A stretch of DNA of 64,000 nucleotides from Octopus vulgaris (GCA_951406725.2 OX597816.1:57846001-57910000); one strand, 5' to 3'. Positions 39,341 to 52,889 are shown, numbered from the stretch's first letter. Numbers and translations: made by a program. The notes: generated by a model from the letters alone, not told the origin.

Positions 39341-39940
39341 GTTGATGTAAATATACGTTGAACTATTGTCGTGCACCAATTGCCGATCATGGCCGAGATG
39401 ATTAACGTCAGTGCAAGTTAGTTGCCTGATACAAAATTCGTTGTCATGGGGGTTAAAAACAGATTAAAAATCTTCAGCTTCTGCACCTAGATTATAAAAT
39501 TACATTGATACCAGTAATACTTGGTGCATTTGGTTGTGTGAGTAAATACCTTAGGAGAGAATTTGTAAAAGCTAGGGTTTATAGAAAATGAAATGACCCA
39601 CACAAAAATACGGGGCTTATCTCAAGTTCAAAGAATGACATTTTTGTTATCTACATTCCAACGATAGAACTTTGAATGTTTGTCTGAAGAGTTTATATGT
39701 AGCACCAGTATATATACACACATATATGCACAAAAAGGTCACATCAGGGTAGAATGCCCTCCCCCACTTAAAAAGCCCCAAGAAGCGCCAGTGTCTGAAA
39801 AAGAAACCGCACCTTCCCCACTGGCGAAAAACAACAGAAGAAGAGTAAGAAGGAGGAAACACAGAGACAAATGGGAAAACAGTAACAAGGAAAAGCAGAG
39901 AAAGGAAAAAAAAAGTACAAATTGTAAATGAGGCCCTCAC

Positions 39941-40061
39941 CCAACTCCCACCCTTCCTCTTCTTTGCCCATTTCATCAAGTGCTTGGTGTAACTCGTCTC
40001 CAGATGAACTCAACGTTTCATATTCCATCATCTTTTTAAGGTACTGTGTTACCCCCTTCAA
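39941..40061 (-). CDS. Coding exon E4 of the uncharacterised gene
   Basis: Acceptor TGTTCCCCCTTAG, donor GTGAGG; 121 nt; LKGVTQYLKKMMEY...EEEGWEL. Confidence 0.75.
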
Positions 40062-40188
40062 CTAAGGGGGAACACATCAACAAAACTCCCTACACATGTA
40101 TGCTTGGTATTCCTGCATTGTACTATTCAGAATAAAAGATTGAGAATACCTCCAATTATTGCATATGTATTATACTCTCTCTTTTTTT

Positions 40189-40600
40189 TACTCTTTTACT
40201 TGTTTCAGTCATTTGACTGCGGCCATGCTGGAGCACCGCCTTTAGTCGAGCAAATCGACCTCGGGACTTATCCTTTGTAAGCCCAGTACTTATTCTATCG
40301 GTCTCTTTTGCCGAACCGCTAAGTAATGGGGACGTAAGCACACCAGCATCGGTTGTCAAGCAATACTAGGGGGACAAACACAGACACACAAACATATACA
40401 CACACACTTATATATATATATTTATATATATATATACGACAGGCTTCTTTCAGTTTCCGTCTACCAAATCCACTCACAAGGCATTGGTCGGCCCGGGGCT
40501 ATAGCAGTAGACACTTGCCCAAGATGCCACGCAGTGGGACTGAACCCGGAACCATGTGGTTGGTTAGCAAGCTACTTACCACACAGCCACTTCTGTGCCT
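40189..40600 (-). mobile_element. CORE-type composite SINE
   Basis: Near-identical to 4135-4578. Confidence 0.85.
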
Positions 40601-41404
40601 CATATGGACTCTTCCTGAAGAGTTTGGCAATTACTGATCTTTTTGAGCAAGAGTGACACACCTTTGAACAGACAGTTACCATCAACCATCATCATCATCA
40701 TCATTTAACGTCTGCTTTCCATGCAAGCATGGGTTGGACGGTTCAACTGGGGTCTGGGAAGCCAGAAGGCTGCACCAGGCCCAGTCTGATCTGGCAATCT
40801 GGATGCCCTTCCTAACGCCAACCACTCGGTGAGTGTAGTGGGTGCTTTTTATGTGCCACCGACACAGGTGCCAGACAGGGCTGGCAAACGGCCACGGTCG
40901 GATGGTGCTTTTTATGTGCCACCGACACGGGGGCCAGGCGAGGCTGGCAACGGCCACGATCGGATGGTGCTTTAAAGGGGTGTATTAATAAATTAATGTA
41001 ATTGCTGAATGTTTTTCAATGAATTCAGTTAGGGACTTCACCTTCAGTTTAAAACTTAGATGGTTTTGTGAAGAGAACATGGTGGAAAATTACACCACCA
41101 AAAGGGATGTCTATAGATTTGTGAGTGAGTGTATATATGTATGTGTTAGAGAGAGTGAGAGGGAGAGACAAACAAATGGAGAGAAAGCAAGCCGAGTGAG
41201 AGAGAAAGAGATTGAAAGCATGTGCTTGTCTCTGAATGACAACTGTATTAATGTTACTATCCCACTGCCACACCTTATTTGTCACTTACACAACTCCGTC
41301 CTCCCCTTCTCTGATGTCAGTCACACTCTCTATACCACTGTGTTTCCCCTCACACTCTTTTCATCTTATCAAATAATAGCAGAATCTACCACTTTGATAA
41401 ATAT

Positions 41405-42641
41405 ACAGGGTGCAGTGAATAAACTGTTGTGTAAATTATGATGCGAAAATGAAAATAACACGGACATCTCATTTTAACAGATATATAATCAAAAATCAAA
41501 ATCAAAATCGATCAACATCAATGGAAATTGTAGCTGTGATACCAGTGCCGGTGGCACGTAAGAGAACCATCCGAACGTGGCCGTTGCCAGTGCCGCCCCG
41601 ACTGGCTTCCGTGCCGGTGGCATGTAAAAAGCACCATCCGATTGTGGCTGTTGCCAGCCTCGTCTGGCCCCCGTGCAGGTGGCACGTAAAAAGCACCCAC
41701 TACACTCTCGGAGTGGTTGATGTTAGGAAGGGCATCCAGCTGTAGAAACACTGCTAGATCAGACTGGGCCTGGCGCAGCCTTCTGGCTTCTCAGACCCCA
41801 CTTGAACCGTCCAACCCATGCTAGCATGGAAAACGGATGTTAAACGATGATGATGATTTAGCAAAATTACATAAAAATATCTTGAAATACTAAAGAGTAA
41901 ATTTATTCAATAAAATTGCCATTGGCTTCAACCATGGCCTCCAGACAAACAACTTTGGAACCCTTTGCAACTCTTCTGGAGAGTCTCCTTGAATGCTGCC
42001 ATAATCCTTGCCTTCAGTTCATTTTTGGTGTTACAAGGGGTTTTGTTGGCCTCTCACTTAACTGTGCCCCACACATTATAATCAAGGGGGTTGCAGTCTG
42101 GGGAGTTAGATGACCAGATGTTAGTGTTGATGTGGATGCAGAAATTGTCTGACAGCCATGACTAGGTTCTCCTGCTTGTGTGACATAGTACAGAGTCCTG
42201 TTGCCAGACATAGGGTCTTCCAGCAGCTACCCTCTTGACCCAGGGCAGCACTACCCCCTCCAGGCACTTGATGTCGGCCTCCATGTTGAGTCTGAGGCCG
42301 TGTGGGAAGATGAATGGAGGTGTAACATCATCATCACTAGTGATTACTCCAAACACCATGATGTTGACTGAATGTTTGATTTTTATCACTCTCGGTACAT
42401 CTGTCCTCAGATTGACACCCAAACACACCGAAATGTTCATACTGGAGCTTCTGGCATGAATGCCAAGCAGTACAGCATGTCATTTTCAAATTTCTGACAG
42501 AGTAAATTGCATCATGGTGCTGTTTTTCTCTCAGACAGTGCCCAAGTGACCCTACTATACTGTGTAGTCAACAAAATCAAAAACAATGTGCATGTGCAAA
42601 ATCAAAAATATAAAATGGTGACAATTTACCAATTGCACTCT
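41405..42641 (-). mobile_element. Degenerate maT (DD37D) transposon interrupted by an RTE-tail repeat at 41490-41857
   Basis: IMVFGVITS, YVWQQD-(37 residues)-D in SPDCNPLDY; eroded TIRs CAGGGTGCAGTGAATAAA / TTTACCAATTGCACTCT. Confidence 0.85.
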
Positions 42642-42773
42642 CTCTCTCTCTATATATATATAATTTCAATAAAAGGGTAAAATTAATTAATTAATAATTT
42701 TACCAAGTAGTTCGGTACATTAAAATAACCTTTTTAGGTAAAATTATACAAATATTCTATAATTATAAACATA

Positions 42774-43178
42774 ATGGTTCTTGGTCTCAAGCATTTGTCT
42801 TATGAAGAAAGGCTCAAGACACTCGACCTTTATTCTCTAGAAAAACGCAGCCGCCGTGGTGATCTCATTCTTGCTCACAACATCATAAGCGGAAAGTGTA
42901 ACCTCTCGAAAGAGCTGTTCTTCACACCTGCTCCAGAGCGTTGGCTGCGGGGTCACTCCGAAAAGCTCTATCTGCGACGATTTCATCTCAATCGAAGGAG
43001 AGGGGCTTTCTGTCCGGGTTGCGTATCCGTGGAATAAGCTGCCGACGACCGCTCAGTTCAAAGTCTCCCTTGCCCACAAGCGGCCTGAACTCTTTACATG
43101 AACACCACCCTGTACATAACTCCATGTCCTCCTACATGGCTTTGCTTTTTGAGCCTAAAAATTAACTAACTAACTAAC
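42774..43178 (+). mobile_element. CR1-clade LINE 3' fragment
   Basis: LSYEERLKTLDLYSLEKRSRRGDLI...RGHSEKL; (TAAC)n tail. Confidence 0.88.
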
Positions 43179-43610
43179 ATAATTATAATCAGGGATCAGC
43201 TAATTGCTTCACTACACACCGAATTTAGAAATAACAGTTAAAATGCATTTTCTGCTACCATAAAGATCTTTAAAAGGAAGTGGTTTCAGAGGAAACTGGT
43301 CGTGTAAAGTGGGAGCAGGAAGGAATGAAGTGTGCTTGTTCTGTTCGAATGATTACAGCAGCAAACTACAATAGAAAAGTGATGAAAGGAGGAAGTCATA
43401 CAGGTGAGATGTTGAGGAATGTGGGAAGTGGAACTGTGGGTAGAGGTGATGTGGGAGATGGGACTAGCGGAGAGGGGCGATTCAACTGTGAGGTACACTT
43501 AATGTTGATTGAATAATGGCAAGAGAAAAGCCACCCAGCACTTGTAAAGACATCAGAGAAGAAATTATTTCTTGAATTAAAGGAACTGAGAAGAAAAAAT
43601 AATTACTTAC

Positions 43611-43664
43611 CACAGTTTCTTTGTAAACTTGTTGAATATCAGGATCAATACGTTGCCAAATTTC
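43611..43664 (-). CDS. Coding exon E3 of the uncharacterised gene
   Basis: Acceptor TTTTGTTTTTTCAG, donor GTAAGT; 54 nt, phase 0-0; EIWQRIDPDIQQVYKETV. Confidence 0.75.
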
Positions 43665-44299
43665 CTGAAAAAACAAAAATTTTCTTAATTAACAAACTCC
43701 AAGAGAAATTAACTTTTATCTCAATATTTCACTGCCTAGGGTTTTATAATAATCAAAATTTGTGAAAGAATTATTTAAAAAATGAATTCTAATTTTTAAT
43801 CTGCTGTTTAGAACATAATGTAAAAGTTTTTTTTAGATAAAATGAAGACAGGTTTTAAATGAGATAATAATTAAAAAAAAAAAAGGTTTATCTTCCACCA
43901 GCCATGCTCTCTTCTGTTAAAACCCCTTTTATCTTTATCACTCCTAATGATCCCACATATCTAACATCCCACCCCCACTGAGCCACTCCTATATCTATCA
44001 CCATCAATTACCAGTCACCTCTCTACCATCTAACCAACTTTCCTTACATTCTTATGAAACTTACCCCTCTCCCCCCCAATGCAATCCTCTGTGTCCCTTC
44101 ACCCATTTTCTCCCCCACTGTGCCTTTGACACACATCCACCACCATCTCTCTCTTTCTCACTCTCTCCATCTCTTTCTCTACTTTCTTCTCCAACATCTC
44201 ATCTATTGGCACAAAGCCATCTCCCTCAATATTATCCCCCACCTCACCATTTGAGGGGACTTTGTCTTGCATGTTGCTTGGTGACCCTACTAGTACCAT

Positions 44300-44912
44300 A
44301 AAAAAGGGCACCCAGTATACACTGTAAAGTGGTTGGCATTAGGAAGGGCATCGGGCCATAAAAGCCACGCCAGAACAGACAACAGAGCTTGGCACAGTCT
44401 TCTGACTTGCCAACTCCTGCCAAACTGTTCAATCCATGCTGGTATGGATCAGACCCGTGCCAGTGGGACTTAAAAGGCACCATTCGAGCATGATTGTTAC
44501 CAGCGTCGCTTTACTGGCACTTGTGCCCGTGCTAGTAGGGTGCCAAGAGCACCATCCGAGTATGATCGTTGCCAGAGCAGCCAACTGGCTTCCGTGCCAG
44601 TGGCACGTAAAAGAGCACCATTTGAGCGTGATCGCTACCAACGTCGCCTTACCGGCACCTGTGCTGGTGGCATGTCTAAAAAGATTCCAGCGAGGTCGTT
44701 GCCAGTACCGCCTGACTGGCCCCCGTGCCGGTGGCACGTAAAAAGCAACCACTACACTCTTGGAATGGTTGGCGTTAGGAAGGGCATCCAGCTGTAGAAA
44801 ATCTGCCAAATCAAGATTGGAGCCTGGTGCAGCCATCTGGTTCGCTAGCCCTCAGTCAAGTTCGTCCAACCCATGCTAGCATGGAAAGCGGACGTTAAAC
44901 GATGGTGATGAT
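44300..44912 (+). mobile_element. RTE 3'-UTR-derived repeat with ~5 internal ~65-bp tandem units (representative of ~20 copies)
   Basis: Unit GTGCCAGTGGCACGTAAAA.GCACCAT..GAG..TGATCGTT.CCAG; ends GGACGTTAAAC(GAT)n. Other copies near 16420, 37905, 38195, 40683, 41490, 45790, 46428, 48875, 49178, 52170, 53763, 54345, 55555, 55813, 58530, 59990, 60225, 61555. Confidence 0.85.
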
Positions 44913-45789
44913 TGGATGACCGAACAGTGAGGTGGATTGAGATGAAAAGGGTCAAGACTAATGTATTCAGGAAGAGTCGAGGGATTTTCATTGATTTTTC
45001 AAAAGTGTGTTTGTAGGAGTTCAGGAATAATTAAATTACATCAACCATTTTCTGAACCTCCATTTCTGGTCTTTGATGTAAGCATCATGGAAAATATTAT
45101 CTTGTTTGGAAATGGGTGAATGTTGGTGGCAGTAAGAGTATCCAACTGTAGGAAAAAAATCTGCCTTAAGACCTGTGCACGTATAGAAAAGTGAACATCA
45201 AAATGATGATGATGATGATGATGACTGAGTCAAGTTATACTCACTGAATGATATGAAATAGAGAGTAAATAAGTTTCAGGAGTTAAAAAGTAAGTGTATG
45301 TTAATGTGCATAAAAGAGAACATCATGTAATGCCATGATCAACCAGATATTACTTTCTATGCTGGTCACAATGCGCTTTGCATCATGCCATCCTGCTGGT
45401 TAGGAAAGGAGGCTAACATTCCCCTGATCAGAAAGCTAATCTTTTTCAGGGTGACCCATTTGCAGCTGGGTGAACTGGAGCAACATGAAATGAAGAAAAT
45501 TACTATATGTAAGTCTCACAACGAGAGATATTCAGCAATATCATGGCAGTCCTGGTTTAGGACAAATGTTGCTGTAAATTAGCCCCAGGAGACATCGTGT
45601 TCGAAAATATAAGGACACAGATCGTGTCGTATAGCCAGCTGGAGACGATATCTCCTGGGGCTAAATTACAGCAACATTCATCCCAAACCAGAACTGCCAT
45701 GTTATATTGGCAAAAATCGTTACTCCAAAGTACTGTTTCTGAATATCTCTTGTGAGATTAACAAATAGTAATTTTCTGGGATAAGAAAC

Positions 45790-47062
45790 ATGACCTTTGA
45801 ACGTTGGGCCTCACTGAGGTGATGACTGAAACCTTTGGAGATATGCTGTGATTGAAAAGACCCAGCAAGCCAAGTGAGACCATAACCGTAGCCTATGCCG
45901 GTGCAGCATAACCAGCTCATTTAAGAGTACCCTTCAATCATTGGGCAATAAACTGCGCTTGCGAAGACCTGTTGAGGCAAGTGAGGTCGTCATTGTGGCT
46001 GACGACAGTACTGCCTGATTGGCACCTGTGCCAGTGGCAAGTAAAAAGCACCATTCAAGTGGGGTCGATACCAGTGCCAGCTGACTGGTCCTGTGCTGGT
46101 GGCAAATAAAATGCAACATTGGAGCATGGTCCTTGCCAGTGCCACCTGACTGGTTCCTGTGCCGGTGGCACGTAAAAAGCACCATTCAAGTGTGGCAGAT
46201 GCCAGTACTGCCCCTTGTGCTGGTGACACATAAAAAGCACCCACTACACTCCCAGAGTGATTAGTGTTAGGAAGGGCATCCAGCTGTAGGAACCTTGCCA
46301 GATCAGACTGGAGCCTGATTCAGCTTACTGGCTTGCCAGCCCTCAGTCAAACCGTCCAACCCATGCCAGCATGGAAAACGGATGTTAAACGATGATGATG
46401 AAATCACATGCGTTCACAAAAGTGAACATCATCATCATTTAACATCCGTTGACCATGCTGGCATGGGTTGGATGGATTGACCAGGGCTGGCAAGCTGGAA
46501 GGCTACATCAGACTCCAGTTTGATTTGGCATGGTTTCCTACAGCTGGAAGCCCTTCCTAACCCCAACCACTCCAAGAGTGTAATGGGTGCTTTTACGTGC
46601 CACTGGCATGGGTGCCATTTGTGTGACCCCGATATCTGCCAAGACTGTGATCTTATTTGGCTTGATGGGTCTTCTTCACAAGCACGACATAATACCAAAG
46701 GTCTCAGTCATTGCCTCTATGAAGCCCAAGGAGCTTTTCATGTGCCACTTTGCCCAACACTCGAAAGGTGCTTTTTATGTGCCACTGGCATGGGTGCCAT
46801 TTGTGTGACCCCGATATCTGCCACGACTGCTATTTTACCTGGCATGATGGATCTTCTTCACAAGCACGACATAATACCAAAGGTCTGTCATTGCCTCTAT
46901 GAAGCCCAAGGAGCTTTGTGCCACTGGCATCGGCCACTTTGCCCAACACTCGAAAGGTGCTTTTTATGTGCCATTGGCATGGGTGCCAGTTATGTGACAC
47001 CTGCATCAGCCACGACTAAGATTTCACTTGGCTTGATGGGTCTTCTCAAGCGCAGCATATTG
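45790..47062. mobile_element. Tail-to-tail pair of RTE 3'-UTR repeats (45790-46400 plus, 46428-47062 minus)
   Basis: Two (GAT)n/(ATC)n tails face each other ~30 bp apart. Confidence 0.8.
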
Positions 47063-47539
47063 CCGATCGAAAAGTATAACAAAAAAGAACCACATTTGAG
47101 TGAGTGCATCTGCTGCAAACATAAGCATCAAAGGTTGCATTCAACTGCAACTGTCTGTGCACTGAATACATTAAACTCAAAAAAGAACTGAAAATAAGCT
47201 GACCAAAAGAGAGTGTTTACTTTGAAGTTGCATTGACATTGGTCACTTCAAACAGTGTTTCATCTTCATCCTCCCCAGGACATTGCTGTTGTGAGTTCTA
47301 GGACCCAGAGGGCCCATTACCCAAGTACCATAGTGTGTAAGTGACCACGATCACAACATAGCCCCTGAATGGGACATCAGGCCATTGTGGGGTTGAACTC
47401 ATTTACAACTAAGTGTGGACTGGAGCAGTTTGGAATCAAGGGTTTCGCTCAGATAGCATGGAAAAACGGATGTTAAATAATGATGATGGAGTCTGTGTTT
47501 GTGTGTGAGTCTCCTTGTCTTACAGAGTTGTAAAATGAA

Positions 47540-47933
47540 TACTCTTTTACTTGTTTCAGTCATTTGACTGTGGCCATGCTGGAGCACCACCTTTAGTCGA
47601 GCAAATCGACCCCGGGACTTATTCTTTGTAAGTCCAGTACTTATTCTATCGGTCTCTTTTGCCGAACCGCTACGTGATGGGGACGTAAACACACCAGCAT
47701 CGGTTGTCAAGCAATGCTAGGGGGACAAACACAGACACACAAACACACATATATATATATACATATTTACGACGGGCTTCTTTCAGTTTCTGTCTACCAA
47801 ATCCACTCACAAGGGTTTGGTTGGCCCGAGGCTATAGTAGAAGACACTTGCCCAAGATGCCACGCAGTGGGACTGAACCCGGAACCATGTGGTTGGTAAG
47901 CAAGCTACTTACCACACAGCCACTCCTGCGCCT
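47540..47933 (-). mobile_element. CORE-type composite SINE
   Basis: Near-identical to 4135-4578. Confidence 0.85.
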
Positions 47934-48442
47934 GATTGTCAATGTTTTATAAGCAGTGTCATTCGTTTCCAATATTTGGTCAGATCATGTTGGGCCATGG
48001 GGAAATATGACAGTTGAGGATTGGTGACAGAAAAGGCATCCAGCTGTAGAGAAAATTCCTCAATAAAACAGCATCTCACGCACACAGGCATGGAAAATGC
48101 ATGTTAAAATGATGATTGTGTGTGTGGGATTTATGAGAGGAGTGCCCCTAATCTTTGTAGTTCACAATCTCAAATTCGTGACATTGATGCTGTGGTGCCC
48201 AGCTTGAACATCTGAAAGTCTGTGTCTGTTGAAAAATAGCAACAGGATCAATGGTGACAGGGGAAAAAAAGGAATTGGTTTGTATGTCTGCAACAGTATT
48301 GATTCCACTGCATACACTGAAGGACCACCAAAGGATGTGAAACCAAAGGCTTGATTTAGGAGAGAATTACCAAAACTAGGCAGACAAGATGGGTGTAGAA
48401 GTTTAAAAAATACATTAAAATGTAATTTAAAATATATCTTAC

Positions 48443-48535
48443 TGAATCAGTGGACTGTAAAATATCTACTGGGACCATAGTGATTATTTTCTTCACAAAA
48501 CTTCCAATTTTCAGGACTTCTTGCATGGTAAGAAA
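48443..48535 (-). CDS. Coding exon E2 of the uncharacterised gene
   Basis: Acceptor TTTTTCCATTTCTTACAG, donor GTAAGA; 93 nt, phase 0-0; FLTMQEVLKIGSFVKKIITMVPVDILQSTDS. Confidence 0.72.
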
Positions 48536-48638
48536 CTGTAAGAAATGGAAAAATGCATGTTTAAGTTCACCCAACGCACACACATTTTCTCTATTCCTCA
48601 TTGACAACATACTAATTGTTAAATGTGAAATGTTTTAA

Positions 48639-48858
48639 CCCTTTCGTTACCAACCTGCCTGAAACCACTTCTGGCTCTGTAGTACAAATGTCGCGTTTTC
48701 CTAAGTTTTGAATTAAAATCTTCCTCCAAACCTTAGCCACAATTCATGTTCCTAACACTAGCGTAATGATAACTAAGTTATTTTACTAAATTCTTTGTTA
48801 TTTTCAAAATTAATTGAAAGAAATAGAGTATCTCAAAATTTATACTGTAACAAAAGGG
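48639..48858. mobile_element. piggyBac-type MITE
   Basis: TTAA|CCCTTTCGTTAC...GTAACAAAAGGG|TTAA. Confidence 0.88.
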
Positions 48859-49574
48859 TTAACATTCACTTTACTGGACTGGCAAGTAAAAAGTACCATT
48901 TGAGCACAGCCGATGCCAGTGCCACCTGATTGGCACGTAAAAGGCATCATTTGAGCATGGCTGATGCCAGTGCCGCTTGACTGGCTCCCATGCTGCTGGC
49001 ACATAGAAAGTACTCACTATACTTTTAGAGTGGTTGGTGTTAGGAAGGGCATCCAGCTGTAGAAACCTTGCCAGATCTGATTGGAGCCTGGTGCAACATC
49101 CTGGCTTGCCAGTTCTCAGTCAAACTGTCCAACCCATGTCAGCATGGAAAGCAGATGTTAAATGATGATGATGATGAAGGTTGACCAGGGCTGGCAAGCT
49201 GCACCAGACTCCACTCTGATTTAGCATGGTTTCTATGGCAGGATACCCTTCCTAACACCAACCACTACTAGAGTGTAATGGGTGCTTTTATGTGCCACCA
49301 GCATCTGTCACAACTGCGATTTCACTTGGCTTGAGGGGTCTTCTTCTCAAGCACAGCATGTCGCCAAAGGTCTTGGTCATTGCCTCTGTGAGGCCCAACA
49401 CTCGAAAGGTGCTCTTCACATGCCACTGGCACGGATGCCCATTACACGACACCAACATCAGCCATGACCATGATTTCAGTTGGCTTGACCGGTCTTCTTC
49501 TCATGCACAGCATGTCGCCACATTATAGCAAATAAGCAATACAGTAAAACATTTGAGGAAAAAAAATCACTGAC

Positions 49575-49736
49575 CGTCTCACCGTGGCTGCAGTGTTTCT
49601 TCACAGATGGTGTTGCTTCAAGCAGGTGGCACTGCTTAAAAAAATCTGTTAATTTCAGGTGCATCTGTAGCAATATACTCAGATTGGTTTCATCACAAAA
49701 GACAGAGGTAATGGTATGCTCTAGTGATGTTGCCAT
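49575..49736 (-). CDS. Coding exon E1 (first in-frame ATG; exon begins at 49743) of the uncharacterised gene
   Basis: Acceptor TATTATTTCAG, donor GTCAGT; 54 codons MATSLEHTITSVFCDE...HCSHGET; may be an internal exon. Confidence 0.65.
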
Positions 49737-50089
49737 TACTATTCTGAAATAATAATAATATATAGACATGTATTTATGTAAATATATAAGGACACAGGAA
49801 AAAAATGTGTCGAAGCCATCAGGAGGCATCGATGCTTCCTAGGGCTAAACAGTGGTGGTGTAATCCCCTACTGTCAAGTTAAATTGACAGTATACAACCA
49901 TTCTATCGCCCCATAACTGTACATATCTCTATGAGATATTTAAAAATTTAATATTTCAGACATGTATTTCTTATCCTAATACAAGAATGTTGTTGACAGT
50001 AATATTCTTGTTTTGGTATAATAAATTTGTACTCAACAAAAGTATAAAGCAGTGGTTCCCAGCCTGGGGGCCCGTGAACTAAACTCAAA

Positions 50090-50138
<49 letters not shown>

Positions 50139-50290
50139 ATACGATATAGTGTATATTTAAACACATAGAGAATCCACTTATAGGGATTCTACGCGCTAGA
50201 AAGAACAGCTAAGTTCTATAACCACAAAAAATTCGGGATAAAATTCAACAGGAATAAATTTGGAAATGAAAAACATTTACCATCTAGTTT

Positions 50291-50361
50291 CCTGGACCAA
50301 TTGGTTTCTTATCTTTTAGCGAGTCATGGAGAACTCACAAGGTTTGATTTTCTTCAGCAGG
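50291..50361 (-). ncRNA. Type I hammerhead motif with eroded stem II base
   Basis: CCTG-CTGAAGA...GAAA-CCAATTGG-TC-CAGG (GUC site, palindromic stem III). Confidence 0.75.
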
Positions 50362-50799
50362 TCCAACCTAGTGATAAACATATCCACACGAGACAAACAA
50401 GGCTAGCTGTCTCGTGTTCATACGAACTAACTTTTCAAATTTACTGCACAGACGCATTCCTACGTTGGCTATAATAAAAAACCGCCAACCTGGTGGGGGA
50501 AAAGGTGTCAGGGCATACCATAAAATTTACAAGAAGTTAGATAAAGAGAGAACAGAGACTGAGAATACAGGATGGTTGGATGGACAGTCTTGTTGGAGGT
50601 GTGGTCAATGGTGAATCTCAGTTTGTGGGGGTGAAGTAAAAGAAATACAAGTGGGTTGGAAAGGTGGGGGAGGTGAAAGGCGGTAGTACATAAATGGTGG
50701 TGGAGATAACATCATCACCATCATTTGATGTTTGTTTTCCATGCTGGCATCGGTTGGATGGTTTGATAAGTGTGTATGAAAGTGAGTATGCACAAGTAT

Positions 50800-51193
50800 A
50801 GGCGCAGAAGTGGCTGTGTGGTAAGTAGCTTGCTTACCAACCACATGGTTCCGGGTTCAGTCCCACTACGTGGCATCTTGGGCAAGTGTCTTCTACTATA
50901 GCCTCGGGCCGACCAAACCCTTGTGAGTGGATTTGGTAGACGGAAACTGAAAGAAGCCTGTCGTATATATATATGTGTGTATGTTTGTGTGTCTGTGTTT
51001 GTCCCCCTAGCATTGCTTGACAACCGATGCTGGTGTGTTTACGTCGCCATCACTTAGCGGTTCGGGAAAAGAGACCGATAGGTAAGTACTGGGCTTACAA
51101 AGAATAAGTCCCGGGGTCGATTTGCTCAACTAAAGGCAGTGCTCCAGCATGGCCGCAGTCAAATGACTGAAACAAGTAAAAGAGTAAAGAGTA
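50800..51193 (+). mobile_element. CORE-type composite SINE
   Basis: Near-identical to 4135-4578. Confidence 0.85.
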
Positions 51194-51941
51194 AGTGTGT
51201 GTGTGTACGCAGAGCAAGATAAAATACACGATTAATTTCACTTACTGGAAAAAGACGACAGAGATGAACGTCTTGGAATTGTCAAGAATCACATTTGTTA
51301 TGAGATCAGATGTAAGTAAAGAATCATTGTGCAGTGACTGAAGCAAGAAAGGAAACTGTACCAAGATGTTGCCGAGAGATTCCAAAAGAAGAGGATTTTG
51401 GTAAGCCTGAAAGAAAGAGAAACATGATAAAACTTGCAGAAGAGGTATTATATGGACACAGATATTGTGTTATTAAGAAATTTGTTTTATAACCACATGC
51501 TACTGTGTGGCACCTTGGACCAAGGCCCTACATCAAACAAAGTCCTGTGACTGGAAATTGGCAGAGTGGAACAATGTGAGGGAAATGGAAGATTCTTTTT
51601 TGTTCTTAACGGGTATTTAGGGATTGTTGTTACTGAGACGGTTCCTAGTTCACAGCTATTGATGCAGGCAAAGGTATACACCAGTAAAGATACACACACA
51701 GAGGCAGATATATATATGTATGTATATATACACATTTTGTAGGCAGACACATATATATGATTGCTTGAAATGGGGAGTAGACAGACACCTGACAACTGAT
51801 GAAGGGTCATTCTTTCCATTACTTGTCTTTTTTTCTCTCGTTATTTGCGTATTTAATTCATTTGGTTTCGTATTTCTAGTTGTTTACTGTTGGTGGCATC
51901 CTCTACCCATATATGTATATATATGTGTATATATGTATATA

Positions 51942-51988
<47 letters not shown>

Positions 51989-52073
51989 ATATATATATGT
52001 CAGTCGCGTTTTTTTTCCCTCCGTTCGCCCGCTTCGGGATCTTTCCTTCTTTCTTCTTTCTTCCTTCTCTTAT

Positions 52074-52108
52074 GTTTCCGACGAAGAGCTCCGCTCGAAA
52101 CGTCATAC
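52074..52108 (+). ncRNA. Minimal hammerhead motif (U4C variant)
   Basis: GTTT-CCGACGA-A-GAGC(TCC)GCTC-GAAA-CG-TC-ATAC; same family as 57612. Confidence 0.68.
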
Positions 52109-52829
52109 CCTCCTTCTTCCATTTTTCCTGAGCGCCTAATAATAATAATACTTTAATTGTTCCACGTGTTTGACTCAGGGCTGGTGAGCCAGATGGCTGC
52201 ACCAGACTCCAATCTCATCTGGAAAAGTTTCTACAGCTGGATGCCCTTCCTAATGCCAAACACTCTGAGAGTGTAGCAGGCACTTTTATGTGCCACTGGC
52301 ACGTGGGTCAGTCAGGTTCTGGCAACGCCCATGCTCAGAAGGTGTTTTTTATGAGCCACTTGCATGGGAGCCAGTCCGGCGGCACTGGCAACAACCATGC
52401 TGGAATGTTGTTTTTCACATGCCACCGGCATATGTGCTGGTAAGGCGATGCTGAATGGACATAAATGGGTTTTGCGATTGGGTGCATGAGATAGAGATAG
52501 AAAGAAAGAGGTATAGGAGAAAGGATTTAAAAATAACATAGTGGTAAAAGGGAAAAAAATAAGTATAAAATAAAGAGGTTTCCGGAGGTTGGCAAGAGAG
52601 GTTGTCTGAGGAAAAGGCTTCTTTGTTCCAAAAATTTCAGTCTTGCAGGGCTTCATGATATACAATGTTTTTGGTTTCACTGTTGGGTGCATAGATGAAC
52701 AAATTTTCTGTATTTCCAACTCTAGAGCCTCCGACATAGAGCTATCCGTGAGAAAAAGCAGGTCCTACCACTTCCAATACTAAGAGAAGGAGCAACAGAG
52801 TATCACGCAGAGATAGGTACTCACACATT

Positions 52830-52889
<60 letters not shown>

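Noticed and set aside
47090-47187. Possible extra exon after a TTTTCAG acceptor between E2 and E3
   Set aside because: It has a stop in the required phase 0 and no good donor.
51760-51815. CTGATGA with an upstream GAAA (similar CTGATGAAGGG at ~34435-34450, minus) as a permuted hammerhead
   Set aside because: Convincing stems I and III could not be drawn, and the 34440 copy lacks GAAA.
52312-52737. 141-aa minus-strand ORF (MSEALELEIQK...)
   Set aside because: It runs into an RTE-UTR repeat and low-complexity sequence; no motif or splice support.
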